A stretch of DNA of 64,000 nucleotides from an uncultured virus (IMG/VR IMGVR_UViG_3300049139_000197) (taxonomy: Duplodnaviria > Heunggongvirae > Uroviricota > Caudoviricetes). Location: the IMG/VR virus record IMGVR_UViG_3300049139_000197; one strand, written 5' to 3'. The notes beneath the pieces were generated by a model. That model saw nothing but the letters and a program-made list of their open reading frames with translations, was not told where the DNA came from and made no database searches. The translations under genes and the position numbers were made by a program. This document shows, one piece after another, positions 59,107 through 64,000 of this stretch (the stretch's first letter is position 1; every line of letters begins with the position of its first letter).

Positions 59107-60003
59107 TCAGAGGGCCTTGTAGGCCGGCCACCAGGTGACGGCCAGGGTGCTGGTCAGGGTGGGGTCGGTTGCGGTCCAGTGGATTTCGTTGACCCCGGGC
59201 AGGAAGCGGAAGGTGTCGATGCGGGAGGTAGGGGCGAGTGGGGCTCCGCCACCGTTGTCGCGCAGCACGGTGCGCCATCCGGGCCGGGTGTCGATCTCGA
59301 TCCACTCCCCCGCGGCCAGAGAGGCCTGCACGGTCAGCGTCCGGCCGGTAGCGACGTGCGTGATGGTGGGGTTGGCGCACGGGCCGTTGATCCGCATCAG
59401 CGGCCACGTGGGGGCGGTGCCTTCCACGGTCAGGAACCCGGGTCGGCCGACCGCTCCAGCGGTGTCGGCGATGGTGAACGGAAACATCAGCGGGAACGTC
59501 ATGCCGCCTTCGGTGAGCCCGCCCAGGGGGATCGACGTGCCCTGCGCCGTGTCCGCGTAGAACAGGTGGTCTGCGGCGGTGAACTCGATGTCGAGGGGGA
59601 TCCAGCCGTGCTTGGCCGTCGTCAGGTCCGCTTCCATTTGCCGGACGCGGCCGCGCAGCACGCGGGCGGGCCGGCCGGGGAACTTCAGCCGCAAGTCCAG
59701 CGTGGCGCCACCGGACAGACGGATCGTGTCGTCGCTGGTGGCTTCCTCCAGCGCGGCGAGCACGTCAAGGGCTCCAGCCTCGTTGCCAGGGACCTTGATG
59801 CCGGCGGGGATGCGCACGGTCCGGCCCGTGTAGTAGTCGGCACCCAGCCACAAACCGTCCTCGCCAGGAGGTTCGACGTCGGCGGTGCGCTGCTTGGCCC
59901 GACCCAGGCCCTCAATGTTGGCCAGGACGACTGATGTGCCGCGTCCGATGAGGACGCCAGCGAGTTCGTGCTGCCCGTCATCGAGTTCGATGGGTGTACT
60001 CAC
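59107..60003 (-). CDS. distal tail protein (Dit-like)
   Basis: Directly after the tape measure; GPCANPTI...LPGVNEI. Confidence 0.8.
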   Translation of the reverse strand: MSTPIELDDGQHELAGVLIGRGTSVVLANIEGLGRAKQRTADVEPPGEDGLWLGADYYTGRTVRIPAGIKVPGNEAGALDVLAALEEATSDDTIRLSGGATLDLRLKFPGRPARVLRGRVRQMEADLTTAKHGWIPLDIEFTAADHLFYADTAQGTSIPLGGLTEGGMTFPLMFPFTIADTAGAVGRPGFLTVEGTAPTWPLMRINGPCANPTITHVATGRTLTVQASLAAGEWIEIDTRPGWRTVLRDNGGGAPLAPTSRIDTFRFLPGVNEIHWTATDPTLTSTLAVTWWPAYKAL

Positions 60004-63000
60004 CGGCTGCCTCCCGCGCTGCCTGCGAAGGCTCCGCCGCGCGCCAGGCGGCGCAGCTGGTAGGACTGGCGGGCTTCGATGTCCCGGGCCAGGTCGCGGT
60101 CGGAGCGCCGGTCTCCGATGTGGAAGTGCGAGGCGCCCACCATGGGGCCTTGCTCGCGGATGATGACGACGCGGGAGCTCTGCGCATCGGTCAGTCCCAC
60201 CCCGAACCTGGTTGCGACGTCACGCAACACCGGCAGGGCGGAGCGGCGCTTGCTGGGAGCCAAGGGCAGGAAGGCTTCCCCCTGGGTCTCCGGCTCCGCG
60301 AACCGGATGATTCCCGCTTGGGTGGCGTAGATCCCGGCTCGCAGGCCGCCGTCTGCGTAGGCCTGGAATTTGTTGGCCTTGCCCAGGTCCTGAAGGAACT
60401 TGCTGGCTCGGGAGCCGAGGGACGTGTGGATCTGCGCTTTCGCCTTGTTGGCGATGGCGATGATTTCGTCTTCGCCCAGGCCGGTGGTGGCGGCCACGTC
60501 GTGGATGCCGGTCTTGTTCGTCTTGATCGCGGCGATGATCTGCACCAGCGACTGCACCTGGTCGGCGGTGAGCGCACTGTTCGCGGTCTTCGCCTCAGCG
60601 TTGGCTTTCTTCGCCTTCTTCGGATCCTTCACCGCGGCGTCGGCGAGTTGCTGCGCGGCCTCGTCGTTCTGCTCCGCCAACTGGGCGGCGAGGTCGCCGT
60701 AGCCCATCGCAGCGAGCTTCGTGAGGTCGTCCGCGAACTCCCGGTTCATCTTGTTGGCGTCGCCCAACTGCCTGGTGTAGTCCGTCAGCGACGCTTTGGC
60801 AGTCTTTTGCAGGTTGCGGAGAGCGGCGGCCATCTCGTTGATGTACTTGGTGGAGCCGTTGGCCATCTTGTCGGCGAGTTTCATGCCGTCCTCGCCCATC
60901 GCCGCCAGCGCCTGGGCGACGTCACCACCGACCCGGTCGGCGACCTGCTCGAGGTCCTTGTTCCACGCCAGGGTGGCCTTCGAAGCGGACTTCAGCTTCT
61001 TCTCGACCGCGCCGATGTCGAAGTACTCGACCTCCTTGGTCTGCCACTTCCCCTTGACCTTGGTCTTGACCTTCTTGGTCTTGTTGCCCGCGGAGGTGAT
61101 GTCGCTGCCGGAGTAGAGGGAGCCGGTCTGGGGGTCGTAGCGCCAGTCGGTGACGTTGCCGTCAGCGTTCCACTGGATCGCGGCCGGATCACCGCCCAGT
61201 CGGCGCACGATCTCCTCAGTGATCGCACGGGAGCGCACGCGCTTTGACCTGGCGAAAGGCACGTAGCCCTCGCCCTGAGTCTCCGGCTCACCCCACACCC
61301 GCCACGATCCGGCCGGGGCGATCTGGGCGACGTGGTTCTCGGACCCCATGGCGAAGTGGCGGACGCCGCCGCGCTGGATGCCGCCGTTGGCGTAGTAGTC
61401 GACCACGGCACCGTCGGCGTGAGCGGACACCCCGCCCTCGCCTTGGGCCGGGCGGCCGGTCGTGTTGTAGATGGCGTGGGTGACCCGGGTGGTGGTGATG
61501 GTGATGGACTTGGACTTCAGGGCGTCCACATGCGCCTTGATGGCCCTGGCAGTGGCCGATGCCTGGTCCCGCGCCGACAGGGTGATGCTCTTGGACTTCA
61601 GGCCGTCCCGGGCCCGCTGCACGTCCGCCAGCCGGTCCTTCGCGGCCTTGGTCTCGGCGACCACCTTGAAGCGGCCGTCCTTCATTCGGGTCACCTTGAA
61701 GCCGAGGTCCTCCAGAAGGCTGACCGCGTCCTTGGTGAGCGCCTTCACCGTGACCGACTTGCTATTCGGGGTGCGCTGGATCGCGGCGATGACCGAGTCC
61801 AGGCCGGCGATGGCGTCCTCGGTGCGCATCTCCAGGACGGTGGACTTCTTGGCAGGGATCTTCAGATAGGACTGGGCGAGTGCCTCCGCCTGCGATTTCG
61901 TCAGCCCCATGGCCGTGGCGGCCTTCACGAAGGCTTCCTGGCCGCGCGTCATGATGCCCTGGACGTACTCCCACGACCGGCCCTGTTCGCGTGCCGAGGT
62001 CGCGGCGGCGTCCGTGTTGGTGGCGAGTTCGGACAGGACCTTCTCGGCCTCGCGGGCCTTCTCCGACCCTAGGTCGAGGTCACCGTCGCGCATTTTCAGC
62101 GCGCTGGCGTGGTCCTTGGTGGCTTCTGTGGCGTCGTCGATGGACTGCTCGAACGCCGACATTGCGGAGCCGGCGGCCCGGTTCACCTCATTCAACGCGG
62201 TGATCGCCTGGCGTAGCCCGTCAGCGGACTGCTTCTGCGCGTCCAGCTTCGCCGACGTCTGCTGCGCCGCCTCACCGAACAGGCCCATGGACTGGGCGGC
62301 CAACTCCTGCTCGAACTTTGCGTCTGCCAGGGCCGACTTGTAGTCGTCCATCTGGCCGCGGATTTGATCGGCGGAGAAACCCTGGGCCTTCAGTTTCTGG
62401 CTGAGGGTGTCCAGGGCCTTCGCCGCGAGGTCGGCCTGCCCGTTCTTGACGAGGTTGGCGAGTGCCTTGTCGACCGCGTCGATGTTCTCCTTGGCTTCCT
62501 TGACCGGCGTGGAGTCGGTGCCGAAGAAGGACACGATGGACTGCTGGACCTGGTCCAGGCCCTTGGGGTCGACGACTTTCTGAAGGCTGTCCGCCAGCCC
62601 GGACAGGTCCTTACCGAAGGAGCGTGCCGCCTCGCCGGTCACCCGGCCGGTGTCGCCGAGGGTGCGCAGCGACGTGGTGAGCTTGTCGACGTCCGGCGGG
62701 GCCTTCTTGCCCATGTCGGATAGCTGCGACAGGGCGATGAGGAGGATGCCGATACCGGAGGCGATGAGGGTGGCCTTGGCGGCGGTGCCGAGGGTGCCGA
62801 ACGCGGCGGCGAGGCCGGCCATGCCGCCGCCCGCCCCGGCCGAGGCGACACGCAGAGCGGCGAGGCGGGCGCCCAGGGCGGCGATGCCCCCAGCGATGGC
62901 GGCCGCACCAGCCCCGGCGAGCTGTACGAGCTTCAGGCCGGCGGCGACCTGGATGATGATGCCGACGAGCTCGGGCGGGAGTGCGGCGACGAGTTGGGCC

Positions 63001-64000
63001 GCGGCGGTGACGAGGGTGAGCAGGCCGGGTCCGGCCTCGGCGGAGGCTTGCAACAGCGTCACGACGGCGTCGGAGATAGCGGACAGTGCTTCCCGTGCTG
63101 CTGGGCCGTTTTCGCGGGCGTAGTCCATGAATGCGGCGATCGGCCCGTCCTGGAAGGCTCCACCTTCGGACAGGACCCGCAGGAAGTGGACGACGCCGTC
63201 GGTCATCTCGTCCAGCTTCCGGCCGGAGAAGTCGGCGAACCGATCGGCCATGGCGTCGAAGCCGGGCGTGGTGATGGCGCCGCCAGCAACGTCGACAAGG
63301 CGCCCTAGCTGCTTGGAAGCCGATTGAACATGCGGGGTAAGCCTGGGGATGAGCGTGTCAAGAACGGTTATCCCGTCGGTGACCGGGTCCATCGTGAACC
63401 CGGCCATCTCGTCCGACCAGTCGCGGAAGTCCTTCTTCAGCGTGCTCAGGGAGACTGCCGCCCGTTGGGTGGCCTCGGGCATGTCGAGAAGTATTTGCCG
63501 GTACTCCTCGGACGCCGTCATGGCCTCCTTGGATGATTTGCCATGCTGCGTTACCGCGTCTCGATACTTCTTGTCGGCGTCTGCGGCCTGCGATAGTGGT
63601 TCGATCTGACCGGCGATGGCGATCCCGAACGCTGCGGCTGTGGTGCCGCCTGTGGCAAACAGGCCCGGCAACGGGGCCAGAGCAGTGGACAGGCCAGCTA
63701 CAAGGGGGACGGCCGCGGGAGCGAGCAGCAGCAGCCCTTTGAGCATCTGCGACCCGGAAGACCCGCCGCCGCTGTTCGACAGGCCTCCGACACGGCCCCG
63801 CAGATCACCCAGCCTGCCCGTTACGCGGGTGAGGGAGCCGTCGAGGTCGTCGAGGTCGCTGCGGAAGGTGCGGGTGCTGCCGGACAGGTTGTCCAGGCGG
63901 GTCTGGCCGAGTCCGGCGGCCCGGTTGAGGGAGCGCATGCCGGCGGTGGCCGCGAGGGACTGGTTACGCAGTACGTCCAGCTGATTGCCGGCGTCCCGCG
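60000..64000 (-). CDS. tape measure protein (5' part outside the window)
   Basis: >1300 aa, Ala/Gly-rich and helical, with TM segments and ADGG / EPETQGE C-terminal motifs. Confidence 0.9.
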   Translation of the reverse strand, partial: RDAGNQLDVLRNQSLAATAGMRSLNRAAGLGQTRLDNLSGSTRTFRSDLDDLDGSLTRVTGRLGDLRGRVGGLSNSGGGSSGSQMLKGLLLLAPAAVPLVAGLSTALAPLPGLFATGGTTAAAFGIAIAGQIEPLSQAADADKKYRDAVTQHGKSSKEAMTASEEYRQILLDMPEATQRAAVSLSTLKKDFRDWSDEMAGFTMDPVTDGITVLDTLIPRLTPHVQSASKQLGRLVDVAGGAITTPGFDAMADRFADFSGRKLDEMTDGVVHFLRVLSEGGAFQDGPIAAFMDYARENGPAAREALSAISDAVVTLLQASAEAGPGLLTLVTAAAQLVAALPPELVGIIIQVAAGLKLVQLAGAGAAAIAGGIAALGARLAALRVASAGAGGGMAGLAAAFGTLGTAAKATLIASGIGILLIALSQLSDMGKKAPPDVDKLTTSLRTLGDTGRVTGEAARSFGKDLSGLADSLQKVVDPKGLDQVQQSIVSFFGTDSTPVKEAKENIDAVDKALANLVKNGQADLAAKALDTLSQKLKAQGFSADQIRGQMDDYKSALADAKFEQELAAQSMGLFGEAAQQTSAKLDAQKQSADGLRQAITALNEVNRAAGSAMSAFEQSIDDATEATKDHASALKMRDGDLDLGSEKAREAEKVLSELATNTDAAATSAREQGRSWEYVQGIMTRGQEAFVKAATAMGLTKSQAEALAQSYLKIPAKKSTVLEMRTEDAIAGLDSVIAAIQRTPNSKSVTVKALTKDAVSLLEDLGFKVTRMKDGRFKVVAETKAAKDRLADVQRARDGLKSKSITLSARDQASATARAIKAHVDALKSKSITITTTRVTHAIYNTTGRPAQGEGGVSAHADGAVVDYYANGGIQRGGVRHFAMGSENHVAQIAPAGSWRVWGEPETQGEGYVPFARSKRVRSRAITEEIVRRLGGDPAAIQWNADGNVTDWRYDPQTGSLYSGSDITSAGNKTKKVKTKVKGKWQTKEVEYFDIGAVEKKLKSASKATLAWNKDLEQVADRVGGDVAQALAAMGEDGMKLADKMANGSTKYINEMAAALRNLQKTAKASLTDYTRQLGDANKMNREFADDLTKLAAMGYGDLAAQLAEQNDEAAQQLADAAVKDPKKAKKANAEAKTANSALTADQVQSLVQIIAAIKTNKTGIHDVAATTGLGEDEIIAIANKAKAQIHTSLGSRASKFLQDLGKANKFQAYADGGLRAGIYATQAGIIRFAEPETQGEAFLPLAPSKRRSALPVLRDVATRFGVGLTDAQSSRVVIIREQGPMVGASHFHIGDRRSDRDLARDIEARQSYQLRRLARGGAFAGSAGGSR

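Larger units (their letters stand above)
1..64000. mobile_element. Actinobacterial (Streptomyces-like) temperate phage / phage-plasmid, partial
   Basis: Tail and lysis operon together with ParAB, parS-like palindromes, replication initiators, recombinases and dense small phage-type ORFs; no host housekeeping cluster seen. Confidence 0.85.

Noticed and set aside
1..64000. tRNA, rRNA, IS transposase, reverse transcriptase/DGR
   Set aside because: None recognised by eye; a tRNAscan, Rfam or HMM run would be needed to exclude them formally

Overview
High-GC actinobacterial (Streptomyces-like) temperate phage DNA that looks like a phage-plasmid, i.e. a prophage maintained as a plasmid. The right end (50.8-64 kb, minus strand) holds the end of the virion/lysis operon: tape measure (partial), distal and minor tail proteins, amidase endolysin, holin and collagen-like proteins. 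The rest is an early/accessory region. It contains a GntR (KorSA-like) repressor with an Xis-like HTH gene, two candidate replication initiators, ParA/ParB with three palindromic parS-like sites, and DciA-like, RuvC-like, Rad52-like, ThyX and two WhiB-like genes. It also has two tandem C5 DNA methyltransferases (one frameshifted), two convergent tyrosine recombinases next to dif-like sites, and many small hypothetical genes. Two observations stand out. (1) A secreted 68-aa precursor with three DTAWG repeats lies divergent from a LuxR-type regulator, a candidate phage peptide-signalling system. (2) A five-site promoter/operator regulon (GCATTGCCATG[G]CAATGC) has its only perfect copy between a tandem ribbon-helix-helix gene and a stand-alone WYL gene. 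All family calls come from motifs recognised by eye; no database searches were run, and many start codons are my choice within longer ORFs.
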